This document shows positions 1-13,300 of a stretch of 64,000 bases of DNA, one piece after another. Numbering within the stretch: position 1 is the stretch's first letter; the number at the start of each line of letters is the position of its first letter. The position numbers and the translations under genes are program-made. A model generated the notes under the pieces. That model ran no database searches. It was not told where the DNA came from and saw only the letters and a list, made by a program, of their open reading frames with translations. The DNA is from Bugula neritina (lineage: Eukaryota; Animalia; Bryozoa): positions 33,098,773 through 33,162,772 of the forward strand of contig OZ037766.1 in NCBI GenBank assembly GCA_964035545.1, given 5' to 3'.

Positions 1-99
1 GATTGTAGAATAACAGGGGTGGAAGGGAAGGAGATGGGTGGAGGGAGATGGAGTTTGACAAAGTTGAGTAATCACAGAGCAAACAAAAAGTGACTTTAC

Positions 100-875
100 C
101 TTGAGGTGTGACAATCCATCAGTTTAAAGAGTGCTACTAGAATCTACAATATAAAGTGATGTCATCTGATCCCAAATAAATGTTTACTTCACTTTTGTAC
201 ACAGCAAGATACAGGAAGTAAGGACTCCACTGCTTTCTCAACAAAATATTTCATTATATTGTGTAACAATTATTTCTTCTAAATCTAATAACAGACACTT
301 ATAGTAGTCATAACATGTATAATTATGTGATGTAATAATTAGTTATAATAATCAGTTATATATACTATAAATAAATACTTACAATCAATCTAACGCTCTT
401 TTATAATAATATAGTGTGTATATATATTATTACCTATATAACACAGTGTAAACTACACAGTATATTGTATAGTGTGTATATATATTATTATATGACACAA
501 TGTGAACTACATAGTATATTGTATAGTGTGTATACATATTATTATATAATACAGTGTAAACTACATAGTATATTGTATAGTGTGTATACATATTATTATA
601 TAACACAATGTAAACTACATAGTATATTGTATAGTGTGTATACATATTATTATATAACACAATGTAAACTACATAGTATATTGTATAGTGTGTATACATA
701 GTTTATTCATAAATTTAATATAAAGAATATATACTATAGGCTACTATATATAATATCTTAATAGAATCTAAAATACTGATAGGTATAAATTACCTTCTAC
801 CTAAATATAGTATGAATAATATCTCATGGTATGTATTCAGATACTCACAATAATGTACAAATACTGTCCCATCAT
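100..875 (-). CDS. 5' exons (signal peptide) of a fifth NHL-propeller array copy; the rest lies left of the window
   Basis: Exon 1 875-849 (MMGQYLYII, donor GTGAGT) and exon 2 143-100 (ILVALFKLMDCHTS, acceptor TTGTAG, donor GTAAAG), matching the 5' exons of the complete copies. Confidence 0.7.
411..700. repeat. 54-bp AT-rich minisatellite (about 5 units) in intron 1 of the partial copy
   Basis: Unit tgtaaactacacagtatattgtatagtgtgtatacatattattatataatacaa; it explains the YYYIIQCKLHSILYSVYT ORFs. Confidence 0.95.
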
Positions 876-924
876 CTCCTTCTGTTATTATGTAATACTA
901 TTGTTATTCCTGCTACTCTTACTC

Positions 925-962
925 AATATACTGAAATAAAGTTTATACTTCTTATATATACT
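925..962 (-). promoter_or_regulatory. Putative TATA box plus Inr core promoter of NHL array copies
   Basis: Minus-strand GTATATA(T/G) followed about 25-30 nt later by TTTCAGTA, about 55-85 nt upstream of the exon 1 ATG. It recurs near 7900-7935 and 15640-15675; the Inr reads TTTTAGTA near 21770-21810. Confidence 0.4.
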
Positions 963-1127
963 TCTCATATGTGTGATATGTTTATATAGAAACCAGTCAC
1001 ATGACAATTGATAAACTCAAGACATGATAAACAGAGCAGATATTTACAGAAACAGATATTAGGAGCAGGAAACAGAGTCCTGGATACAAATGTGTTTTAG
1101 TTGGGTGTCTGACATGCTGTCTGGCAG

Positions 1128-1220
1128 TGTGTTAGTATGTCAGCATGTTAGTATGTTAGTATGTTAGTATGTTAGTATGTCAGTATGTCAGTATGTCAGC
1201 ATGTCAGCATGTTAGTATCT
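1128..1220. repeat. 8-bp (gttagtat/gtcagtat)n repeat, present once in every array spacer
   Basis: Also at about 8105-8212, 15843-16015 and 21977-22230 with different copy numbers. Confidence 0.9.
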
Positions 1221-3187
1221 TGTGTGTTTATCATATTGTGACTTTTAAAGTAAGATTTGCAAGCAAATATTTATATAATTTTAAACTTATATATTTATTT
1301 TATATAATCAGAAGCTGACCAAAGGTTTGCTGACAGTAAACCTAGACCTGAGAAGACATGGACTAAGCTACAACATCTGGTACTGAGTATGTTATGTAGA
1401 AAGTAGGGAAGGAATTTGTGTTGTGATTGAATTACGTACGCTGATTGAAGACAGACTCTGTGTCAGATTTCTAGTTATGGTGAAACACATCACCTGATAA
1501 TAAACTTATGTTGACCTTGACATGTGAAAGATAGAGTATAGAGGACTTACTCATATAATATAATCTGTATTCAGGAGGCATATAATTTATCTAGTAGTGA
1601 ATTTAGTGCAGATGTACTGGCATATATAACATACAGTGTATAGTATACATCCACAGAATATTAACTATTGTAACAATGTTAAAATGCAGAGTTGTAACTT
1701 GTTAATATTATCCCCAGGAATGATTGTTGATAACTTAATTAAATCAGAGCACCTGGATTATCACTGTATTTATACATGTTTAGTTTATTAAGGTAAAGGT
1801 GTCAAATATTTATTCAATCATGTGCAGGTATAAATAATTTGATTCAATTTAACTCCAAAATGTTCCAATCTATCACAGAATCTATCAAAGCTGAGACTTG
1901 AAAGACTACCATGTTGCAATAACTTGGTAAATAAATATTCTGTGTATAACAGCTACAATGTGTTATTTAATGTTCTTTAGCTACTTGTTCTTATATAGTC
2001 ATTTATGTATACAACATGGCTGTGTGTATATTATATGATGTAATGTAATTTGATATGAGGATAAAGTTTCTGATAGATCAAATGATAGGATAAATATCTG
2101 CATTAAACCAGTTTAAACAGGATTCATGTCATGTGACAGAAATAGCCTGTGTTCTATCATTTTATTAAAGACAGGCATAGCCCGTGTTCTATTATCTTAT
2201 TAAAGAAAAATACAATAGCAGTTGTAGGCATCATTTCTATGTCATTAGAACACAGTTTATATCTGTGACTCCCAAATGTTTATAGTTCAATGTTTTATGT
2301 ATAAACTTTAATACTGTGTGTTTATTTTATTGAAACCTCAAATTTCAACTCTTAAATATTTAACAGAAAGATGTCATGCCAGATGTTTCTCTGTTTACTG
2401 CAGTGTTGATTTAACACAGTTTGCTTTCCAGCTCCTTTTACCATCACCAAAGTATATCGATATCATGTAACTCTATACTATCTGTAATTGCCTGTGGGTG
2501 TAGTATATTTAATTCATTTTAGTTTGTTATAGAAATTGATACTTTGCTAAACCAAACAGATGTTGATATTTAACTTGTCAGTATTATTAGGATATAAACT
2601 GACACAAAGACGTAGTTCAACAAGAAACTAGTAGAGTATTTTTAACCCTGACTTTCAGCAAAGATAATTTAACCACGTATTGTAGTATCATGGGTATACA
2701 AACCAAATTTTTCTTTGACTCTTTATTGATTCTCATGTCAATAACAAGTTCTGTGAAAAGCTACCAGTATTATATACTAAGTCATAATATTCTACATATA
2801 TAGTAGACAATACAATATTTTTACAATAGTATAATTTGTTGTTAAAGCTAATTAAGTATAAAAGCAAGCCTTCAATTTGAGTTATTCACATCGTCTACTT
2901 TCTCACATGCAGAGTAACTCACTTTAAATATTTACAGAGAATTACAAAAAAAGGAAAATAAGGTGAGTTTGATGTAGTTAAGATATGCATTGTACTTTTG
3001 TTAGTATACATGCAGCTGCTAAAATGAACTCATATAATAGTAGAATATTTGGCAAAAAGCTTAGAGCTATTTATTAAATGATTTAGTTTGTTTTTAATTT
3101 TAATCTTTTGCTGCGTATGTCAGCCATGCATGTTGAACTGATGTCTCCAGTGAAAGTTAGTGACAGAAGTCATTGGCAGAGTTGTAT

Positions 3188-6100
3188 CTAGCTACAGAGG
3201 TCATTGGCAGAGTTGTATCTCAGTGTTTTATCAGCACATGTAGAGAACAGTAGAAAGTGTATTCTCTCTCCTCTGGTATTTGGTCTAGCTTCAACAGTCC
3301 TGGAAAATGTACACAGTAAATGTTATAGCAAGCTGTACTATATATAGAAACAGTGACAACTGAAATCTAATATTTACATTCTTGCAGCATTTTATTACCT
3401 TATTTTATAACTTAATTGTGTATTTTACTACAAAATTATTAGCTGTTCGACCAAACTATAGAGAAAAACATTACCTGTGTAACTTCATAAAAGGACACTT
3501 TAAGAAACAGGCAACTCACCTATTTCTGGGTGCCTGAAACTTAACATTTGAGTATTCTGTCTCGTGACCAACCAGTCTCTCTCAGTTCATCTCTTAGTTT
3601 ATCAGGAACTTCCTTAGTGACTAAAGAGAAGGTCTTGTCAGTTGGCCAATAGACTGTCAGCTCATTTTTCTTACACGTATACCAAGTTTCTATCTCAGAA
3701 GACATGTTGCAGTCTAAATAAAATTAGTAAATATTCTAGTTTAAATAGTGATGACATTATTTTTCTCAATTTACCAATAATAATACAACAACAATAAAGT
3801 TACCATGAGCACAGATTGTTTGAAGGTGTCTCTTTTGCTGAGATATGGAAGGTATCAGGAACTCTCTGTTGTATGCATTCTTTACAAGCTGACAAGAAAC
3901 ATCATATCTATTCACAAACATCAGTCTCCTTGTTATCGGTGATTCTGTAAGTAAATATAAATAAAACACGGGATATAATGTGATCCTTGTTTATAACGCA
4001 AATAGGAAGTATTTTACTTTAATTTGAATGACCATGCATGACAATATACAGCATAATCAAAACCCCAAGTATATAACAGCATGAACTTGTATAATTAAAA
4101 CTTATAATATGCTAATAAATATATTAACATTATGTTATACCACATGATTACTCAATTCTTCATCTTAGCAGAAGTTCTATTATGATGACCTTTATTTGGT
4201 TTCTCCTCAAATATATTTGTTGAATTGACCGAATAGGTAAAGTAAATTAAGCTATAAAGTTGAGAAAAATACATTTTCATTTAAGTTTATTAAAATCATG
4301 ACTTACTCAAAACATTGATGTTGTAGACAGAACACTGTATAAAGAACTTGTGACTTCCTTCAGATAGATATGCTGTGGAGGAACATCCTGGTAAAGTGTA
4401 TGTGGTTGTACTCTGTCCTGGATCCAAGTATACAGTCACATTATGAGGCTCGCAGATATCTGAACCTGTATATGTTGAGAGGAATTTCCTGACTATAATA
4501 AACTTACTTAAAAGTTGACATAGATAATATTCATAAATTGGTCTTTGGATAAACCTAATTAGTAGATACAGTGTGATTTCATGCAAATATTTACAATATA
4601 GCAGCTAAGTTCTAATGTGACATAATTTGCAAACATTTAGATGTAGCTGTGATCGATTATAGAATAATTTAGTATGTATTCTATGTATATTTAGTCTATG
4701 TATATATGTATTCTATATTCTCACCACTCAACTTGTAGATGCCTTCACTCCACATACCAACATACACATCCTCTCCTACTTTCAGTAGAGAATATGGCTT
4801 GTCTGGTAATTGAGAGCTGATTGTACAGGAAGTCTCTCCATCAAAACACACAGGACCTACTTGTTTACTATTCAAATCTAACAGTCTGAGTACCTTGTTA
4901 TTATAATCAGCAACAAGATACATGTTGTACCCAACTCTTGTTATTCCTGAAGGATAATAAAACCTGGATGTATTGAAACTTCTATCAACATAACCAGAAG
5001 ATAATGAACCTGCTAGTTTAATGTTTGTAACAGATCCATCGGCATCCCAACTGACTTGAGATATGTAATGGTTATTAATCACTAGTAACTTGTTGTCAGC
5101 CCAAACTAAGTAACTAGGGTAGTTGAAACCTGAGTTAATAACAGTACTCAGTTCTCCTGTGTGAAGGTCTACAGATCTCAGTGCATGGTTATATCTATCA
5201 GTAACTAACAACCTGTCTGGGTTTCTAACATCTATCTCAATACCATAAGGGTAAATCAGTTTACCAGTACCTACTCCACCCTCAACATACCCCCATCTGC
5301 CACATGTCCCTGCTAAGGTACGTAAGCTGTTATCTACTCTGTTTAACATCTTAATACAATACTGGAAAAAATCTGCTACAGCTACATGAGTTTTATTCAC
5401 TTGTTTAAACCCTGCAATAGAACTTGACTGAATAGTTGCTAGAGTTGTAGGAGTTGTCCCATCTGTAGTGTTAAGGTATTCCCAGGTACTAAACATAATA
5501 CTCCCATCATCTCTGTACAGGTCCAGCTCCATGTGGTAAATGGCCTCATCAGTGTTAAGGAATATTTCTGGTTTGTTGAATGAAACACTGAAAGTAAGTT
5601 AAGCAGGTTCAACCATTAATACTGAATAGGAATGTTTTATTTTTGACTAAAACTCATTCAAACAAAGTATGATATACTGTGTTGTTATTCAAGATCACTC
5701 AATACCCTAATTTGCACTAAATGTGTGTATCAAGTGTGTCAATTAGTCTGATTATTATCTTAATGTTTTATAAAAGAATTACGACCTTCTTTGTCTAACT
5801 TAAACTTTATGCTTTGCTTCATTTCCAGCCAAAAATGTTATAACATCCAAAAATATATATAAATTTACTTCTATTTAAATTTATACTATCTAAATTGCTT
5901 TGCTTATAGTGCATGTTTATAAATTTAAGCATTTAAAAATGTGTTACATTAAAACTGTAATCATACGCAGTAAATTTAAGTCAATAAACTTGGGCTCAGG
6001 AGTTGACTGTAGAAGAAACAGGGATGGAAGGGAAAGAGATGGGGGGGGGGGAGATAGAGGTTAACAAAGTTGAAAAATCACAGAGCAAACAAAAGGTGAC

Positions 6101-7851
6101 TTTACCTTGAGGTCTGACAATCCATCAGTTTGAGTAGTGCTACTAGAATCTACAATATAAAGTGATGTGATCTGATCACAAATAAATGTCTGCTTCACTT
6201 TTGTACACAGCAAGATACTGCAGGGAGCAATTACTCCACTGCTTTCTCAATAAAATATTTCATTATATTGTGTAACAATTATTTCTTCTAAATCTAATAA
6301 CAGACACTTATAGTAGCCATAACAGGTGTATAATTATGTGATGTAATAATTAGTTATAATAATTAGTTATATATATATAAATAAATACTTACAACCAATC
6401 TAACGCTCTTTTATAATAATATAGTGTGTATACATATTATTATATAACACAGTGTAAACTACACAGTATATTGTATAGTGTGTATATATATTATTATATA
6501 ATACAGTGTAAACTACACATTATATTGTATAGTGTGTATACATATTATTATATAATACAATGTAAACTACACAGTATATTGTATAGTGTATATATATTAT
6601 TATATAATACAGTGTAAACTACACAGTATATTGTGTAGTGTATACATATTATTATATAATACAGTGTAAACTACACATTATATTGTATAGTGTGTATACA
6701 TATTATTATATAATACAGTGTAAACTACACAGTATATTGTATAGTGTGTATACATATTATTATATAATACAATGTAAACTACACAGTATATTGTGTAGTG
6801 TATACATATTATTATATAATACAGTGTAAACTACACATTATATTGTATAGTGTGTATACATATTATTATATAATACAATGTAAACTACATAGTATATTGT
6901 ATAGTGTGTATACATATTATTACATAATACAATGTAAACTACACAGTATATTGTATAGTGTATACATATTATTATATAATACAGTGTAAACTACACATTA
7001 TATTGTATAGTGTGTATATATATTATTATATAATACAGTGTAAACTACACATTATATTGTATAGTGTGTATACATATTATTATATAATACAATGTAAACT
7101 ACACAGTATATTGTATAGTGTGTATACATATTATTATATAATACAATGTAAACTACACAGTATATTGTATAGTGTGTATATATTATTATATAACACAGTG
7201 TAAACTACATAGTGTATTGTATAGTGTGTATACATATTATTATATAATACAGTGTAAACTACACATTATATTGTATAGTGTGTATATATATTATTATATA
7301 ATACAATGTAAACTACATAGTGTATTGTATAGGGTGTATACATATTATTATATAATACAGTGTAAACTACACAGTATATTGTATAGTGTGTATATATATT
7401 ATTATATAATACAGTGTAAACTACATATAGTATATTGTATAGTGTGTATACATATTATTATATAATACAGTGTAAACTACACAGTATATTGTATAGTGTA
7501 TACATATTATTATATAACACAGTGTAAACTACACAGTATATTGTATAGTGTGTATATATATTATTATATAACACAATGTAAACTACACAGTATATTGTAT
7601 AGTGGGTATATATTATTATATAATACAATGTAAACTACACAGTGTATTGTATAGTGTGTATACATATTATTATATAACACAATGTAAACTACACAGTATA
7701 TTGTATAGTGTGTATACATAGTTTATTCATAAATTTAATATAAAGAATATATACCATAGGCTACTATATATAATATCTTAATATAATATGAATAATATCT
7801 CATGGTATGCATTCAGATACTCACAATAAAGTACAAATACTGTCCCATCAT
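3188..7851 (-). CDS. Secreted NHL-repeat beta-propeller protein, copy A (2-nt deletion in exon 6 truncates the C-terminus)
   Basis: Exons 7851-7825, 6149-6106, 5587-4725, 4465-4307, 3944-3804, 3713-3520, 3299-3188, all GT-AG. N-terminus MMGQYLYFIILVALLKLMDCQTS is signal-like. NHL motifs include LAGTCG..GYVEG, YPYGIEID..LLVTDRYNHALRSVD and RFYYPSGI..YLVADYNNKVLRLLD. Exon 6 is 194 nt versus 196 nt in the paralogs. Confidence 0.8.
6421..7720. repeat. 54-bp minisatellite (about 24 units) in intron 1 of copy A
   Basis: Same unit as 411-700. Confidence 0.95.
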
Positions 7852-10366
7852 CTCCTTCTGTTATTATGTAATGCTATTGTTATTCCTGCTACTCTTACTC
7901 AATATACTGAAATAAAGTTTATACTTCCTATATACTTCTCATATGTGTGATATGTTTATATAGAAACCAGTCACATGACAATTGATCAACTCAAGACATG
8001 ATAAACAGAGCAGATATTTACAGAACCAGAGATATTAGGAGCAGGAAACAGAGTCCTGGATACAAATGTGTTTTATTTGGGTGTCTGACATGCTGTCTGG
8101 CAGTGTATCAGTATGTCAGTATGTCAGTATGTTAGTATGTTAGTATGTTAGTATGTTAGTATGTCAGCATGTCAGTATGTCAGTATGTTAGTATGGCAGT
8201 ATGTTAGTATGTTGTGTGTTTATCATATTGTGACTTTTAAAGTGAGATTTGGTAGTAAATATTTATATAACTTTAAACTTATATATTTATTTTATATAAT
8301 CAGAAGTTGACCAAAGGTTTGCTGACAGTAAACCTAGACCTGAGAACACATGAACTAAGCTACAACATCTGGTACTGAGTATGTTATGTAGAAAGTAGGG
8401 AAGGAATTTGTGTTGTGATTGAATTACATACACTGATTGAAGACAGACTCTGTGTCAGATTTCTAGTTATGGTGAAACACATCACCTGATGATAAACATA
8501 TGTTCACCTCGACATGTGAAAGGTAGAGTATAAAGGATTTTGTTATGATCTGTATTCAGGAGATAAATAATTTATCTAGTAGTGAATTTAGTGCAGGTGT
8601 ACTGGCATATATAACATACAGTGTATAGTATACATCCACAGAATATTAACTATTGTTAACAATGTTAAAATGCAGAGATGTAACTTTTTAATGTTATTCC
8701 CAGCAGGAATGACTGTTGATAACTTAATTGAATCAGAAGACCTGGATTGTTACAGTATTTATACATGTTTAGTTTATTAAGGTGAAGGTGTCAAATATTT
8801 ATTCAATCATGTACAGGTGTAAATAATTTGATTCCATTTAACTCCAGAATGTTCCAATCTATCACAGAATCTATCACAGCTGAGACTTGTTAGACTAGCA
8901 TGTTGCAATAACTTGGTAAATAAGTATTCTGTGTAAAATGGCTACAATAAATTATTCAATGTTCTTTAGCTATTTATAGTTTCTATATATAGTCACTTAT
9001 GCATACAAGATAGCTGTGTGTATATTATATGATGTAATGTATACAAGATGGCTGTGTATATATTATATGATGTAATGTATACAACATGGCTATGTGTGTA
9101 TATTATATGATGTAATGTATACAACATGGCTGTGTGTGTATACAATATGATGTAATGTAATTTGATGTGAGAATAAAGTTTCTGATAGATCAAAGGATAA
9201 GATAAATATCTGCATTAAACCAGTTTAAACAGGATTCATGTCATGTGACAGACATAGTCTGTGTTCTATCATCTTAATAAAGACAGACAGAGCCTGTGTT
9301 CTATCATCTTATTAAAGAAAAATACAATAGCAGTTGTAGGCATCATTTCTGTGTCATTGGATAGAACACAGTCTATATCTGTGACTCCCAAATGTTTATA
9401 GTTCAATGTTTTATGTATAAACTTTAATACTGTGTGTTTATTTTATTGAAACCTCAAATTTCAACTCCTAAATATTCAACTGAACTGCACATATCATACA
9501 GAGTGTTTCTCTGTGTACTGCAGTGTTGATTTAACACAGTTTGCTTTCAAGTCCCTCTTTACTATTACAAAGTATATCAATATTATGTAACTCTATACTA
9601 TCTGTAATTGCCTGTGGATGTAGTATATTTAATTCATTTTAGTTTGTTAGAAAGTGATACTCTGCTAAACCAATCAGATATTGATATTTAACTAGTCAGT
9701 ATTATTAAGATATAAACTGACATAAAGAAGTAATTCAACAGGAAACTAGTGGAGTATTTTTAACCCTGGCATTCAGCAAAGACAATTTAACCACATTGTA
9801 GTATCATGGACAAACACCTATGCTTTTCTTTGACTCTTTATTGATTTTGATATCAAGAACAAGTTCTGTGAAAAGCTACCGCAGTATTATATACTAAGTC
9901 ATAATATTCTACATATATAGTAGACAATACAATATTTTTACAATAGTGTGCAATTTGTTGTTAAAGCTAATTAAGTATAAAAACAAGCCTTCAATTTGAG
10001 TTATTCACACCGTCTACTTTCTCACATGCAGAGTAACTCACTTTAAATATTTACCGAGAATTGCAAAAAAAGAAAAATAAGGTGAGTTTGATGTAGTTAA
10101 GGTATGCAGTGTACTTTTGTTAGTATACATGCAGCTGCTAAAATGAACTCATATAATAGTAAAATATTTGGCAGAAAGCTTAGAGCTATTTATTAAATGA
10201 TTTAGTTTGTTTTTTATTTTAATCCTTTGCTGCGTATGTCAGCCATGTTAAACTGATGTCTCCAGTGACAGTTAGTGACAGAAGTCATTATGACAGAGCT
10301 GTATCTAGCTACAGAGGTCATTGGCAGAGTTGTATCTAGCTACAGAGGTCATTGGCAGAGTTGTAT

Positions 10367-13300
10367 CTAGCTACAGAGGTCATTGGCAGAGTTGTATCTC
10401 AGTGTTTTATCAGCACATGTAGAGACCAGTAGAAAGTGTATTCTCTCTCCTCTCGCATTCGGTCTAGCTTCAACAGTCCTGGAAAATGTACGGTACAGTA
10501 GAAGTCTTAAGACACAATAAAATAATATATGGTAACAGTGACAACTAAATCCTAATATTATACATTTTTGCAGAATTGTATTTCCTACTTTATTTTTGTG
10601 ACTTATTTGTGTATTTTATTATAAAATTATTAGCTGTTCAACAAAACTATAGAGAAAAACATTACCTGTGTAACTTCATAAAAGGACACTTTAGGAAACA
10701 GGCAACTCACCTATTTCTGGGTGCCTGAAACTTAACATTTGAGTATTCTGTCTCGTGACCAACCAGTCTCTCTCTCAGTTCATCTCTTAGTTTATCAGGA
10801 ACTTCCTTAGTGGCTACAGAGAAGGTCTTGTCAGTTGGCCAATAGACTGTCAGCTCATTATTCTTACACGTATACCAAGTTTCTATCTCAGAAGACATGT
10901 TGCAGTCTAAACAAAACACAAAAATATTCTATTTTAAATACTGATGACATTATTTTTCTCAATTTACCGATAATAATACAACAACAATAAAGTTACCATG
11001 AGCACAGATTGTTTGAAGGTGTCTCTTTTGCTGAGATATGGAAGGTATCAGGGACTCTCTGTTGTATGCATTCTTCACAAGCATACAAGAAACATCATAT
11101 CTACTCACAAACATCAGTCTCCTTACTATTGGTGACTCTGTATGTAAATATAAATAAAACATGAGATATAATATAATCTTATACCACAAATAGCTTCTTA
11201 CGTTACTTTGAATGACCCACCATACATGAAAGAATACAAATCCCTATATGGTATAACAGCACGAATTTATATAATTAAAACTTATAATATGCTAATAAAT
11301 AGATTATTGTACTGGGTGATCACTAATTCTTCATCTTAGCAAAAGCTCTATAATGTTGACTTATTTTATTTGGCTTCTCCTCAGATATGTTTGTTGAATT
11401 GATCAAATAGGTAAAATGAATTCAGCTATGAAATTGAGAAAAATACATTTTCATTAGGGTTTATGAAACGTATGACTTACTCAAAACATTGATGTTGTAG
11501 ACAGAACACTGTTTAAAGAATTTGTGACTTCCTTCAGATAGAAATGTTGCGTAGGAACATCCTGGTAGAGTGTAGTAAGTCTTACTCTGTCCTGGATCCA
11601 AGTGTACAGTCACATTATGTGACAAACAAACCCCTGAAACCATAAGTCAGACATGCAAAAAGATTTGCTGATTATTTAAGTCTTCTTTGATTGTTCTAAA
11701 ACCTTATATAAAATAGTCAAGTGAAAACTGTTTGTCAATGGGTCATTTTACTTAATTTAGTACACACTCAAAATCTTCAGTTTTTGGCTATTTTTCACAA
11801 TTCAGCTGGTAATGAACATGGTTTTTTGGATAAAACTAGTAAAACACCAATAAATACACCTAAATAATCAAAGTTCTTTTTAGTTTTGCTTCATTTCCCA
11901 TGTTTTTCTCTAATTATTCAGCTAGTTTTGGTCACGGACCGTTACGGTTTTTTCGTAACGGTCTGCACATATAGAATATTAAGTGCATATGACAATGACT
12001 TGTGCTTTAATGTTGGGGAATCCCCTTCCAGCCTTTTCTGTTATGCGTAGTTAAGACCAGCACATAAAAATACCGTGTATAGTAAATTTCAATTGATTTT
12101 GAGCAAACTTTAATGTTAGGTCATAAGTTGCTGGTGTGTACTAAATAAAGTAAACTGACTCCAATGTAAAATAATTGCCCCCACTGGGAATCGAACCGAG
12201 TCCTCTGGCTTGCAAGCAAGTGTGCTACCATTACACCACCGGGGCCACTGGGTTAACTCAACACTACACCCTACCCAGTTCTCTGAACTCCACTGGCCTA
12301 TCTACTACTCCTTCAGTCATCAGGCTCCAATGGCCTCTCAACTCCCTCGGAATATACTGCAACTACTACATTTCACTAAAGGCCGAAATAGCTTGTAAAA
12401 TAATTGCCCCCACTGGGAATCGAACCGAGTCCTCTGGCTTGCAAGCAAGTGTGCTACCATTTCACCGCGGGAGCCTCTGGGTAAACGCAACGCTACAGTT
12501 AATCCAATTACTCGAACTTCAAAACATATACAGCATTTGACAATATCATAAGTAGATATATAAATAAGTACACATAAATTGGTCTATTGATAGACTCACT
12601 TAGAGGTTACAACAGGTCCATTTGTAATTTCTATTCATATTTTAATTTCTAATATTTGAACTTATTGGCTATATAGTTTTTGATATACTTTAATAAGTTT
12701 ATATAATAATAGTTTGAATTTAGAAGATACATTATAATTTAAATTTTATCAACAGTGTGCAAAAATAAAATTAAGACACGTTCTTTATATGAGCTCACAC
12801 TCAGTATTTTTTAAACCAAAGAGCTGTGAAAACATAATTTTGTATCATTTTCACCATCTTGTTAGACAAAAACATTTTATAGAAATTGAAGTCACTGTAG
12901 TGTTTCACTAATATGATAACACACAGAATAGCTAGCTATTAGTTTGAGGGAGATTTATAGAAATTATATGACACGTTCAAACAGATGTATACTGATTGTT
13001 ACACACATATATTATAATATATTCCTCACCACTCAACTTGTAGATACCTTTATCCAAAGTACCAACATACACATCCTCTCCTACTTTCAGTTTAGACAAT
13101 GGATAGCCTGGTAATTGAGAGCTGATTGTACAGGAAGTCTCTCCATCAAAACACACAGGACCTACTTGTTTACCATTCAAATCTAACAGTCTGAGTACCT
13201 TATTATGATCAGCAACAAGATACATGTTGTACCCAACTCTTGTTATTTCATTAGGATAATAAAACCTGGATGTGTTGAAACTTCCATCAACATAACCACG

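Noticed and set aside
1310-1410. Possible plus-strand exon in the array spacer (EADQRFADSKPRPEKTW..)
   Set aside because: An in-frame TGA occurs in two of the four copies and no partner exons were found.
6421-7720. Regularly spaced repeats resembling a CRISPR array
   Set aside because: No unique spacers, no cas genes and a eukaryotic intron context; the same applies to the other minisatellites.
12014-12026. kB-like site GGGGAATCCCC as evidence of immune regulation
   Set aside because: A single short motif inside a MITE-like sequence in one copy; expected by chance.
12175-12540. 121-aa ORF, or functional tRNA genes
   Set aside because: The ORF is the antisense of the tRNA-like dimer. The 6-nt anticodon loop and stem mismatches argue against functional tRNAs.
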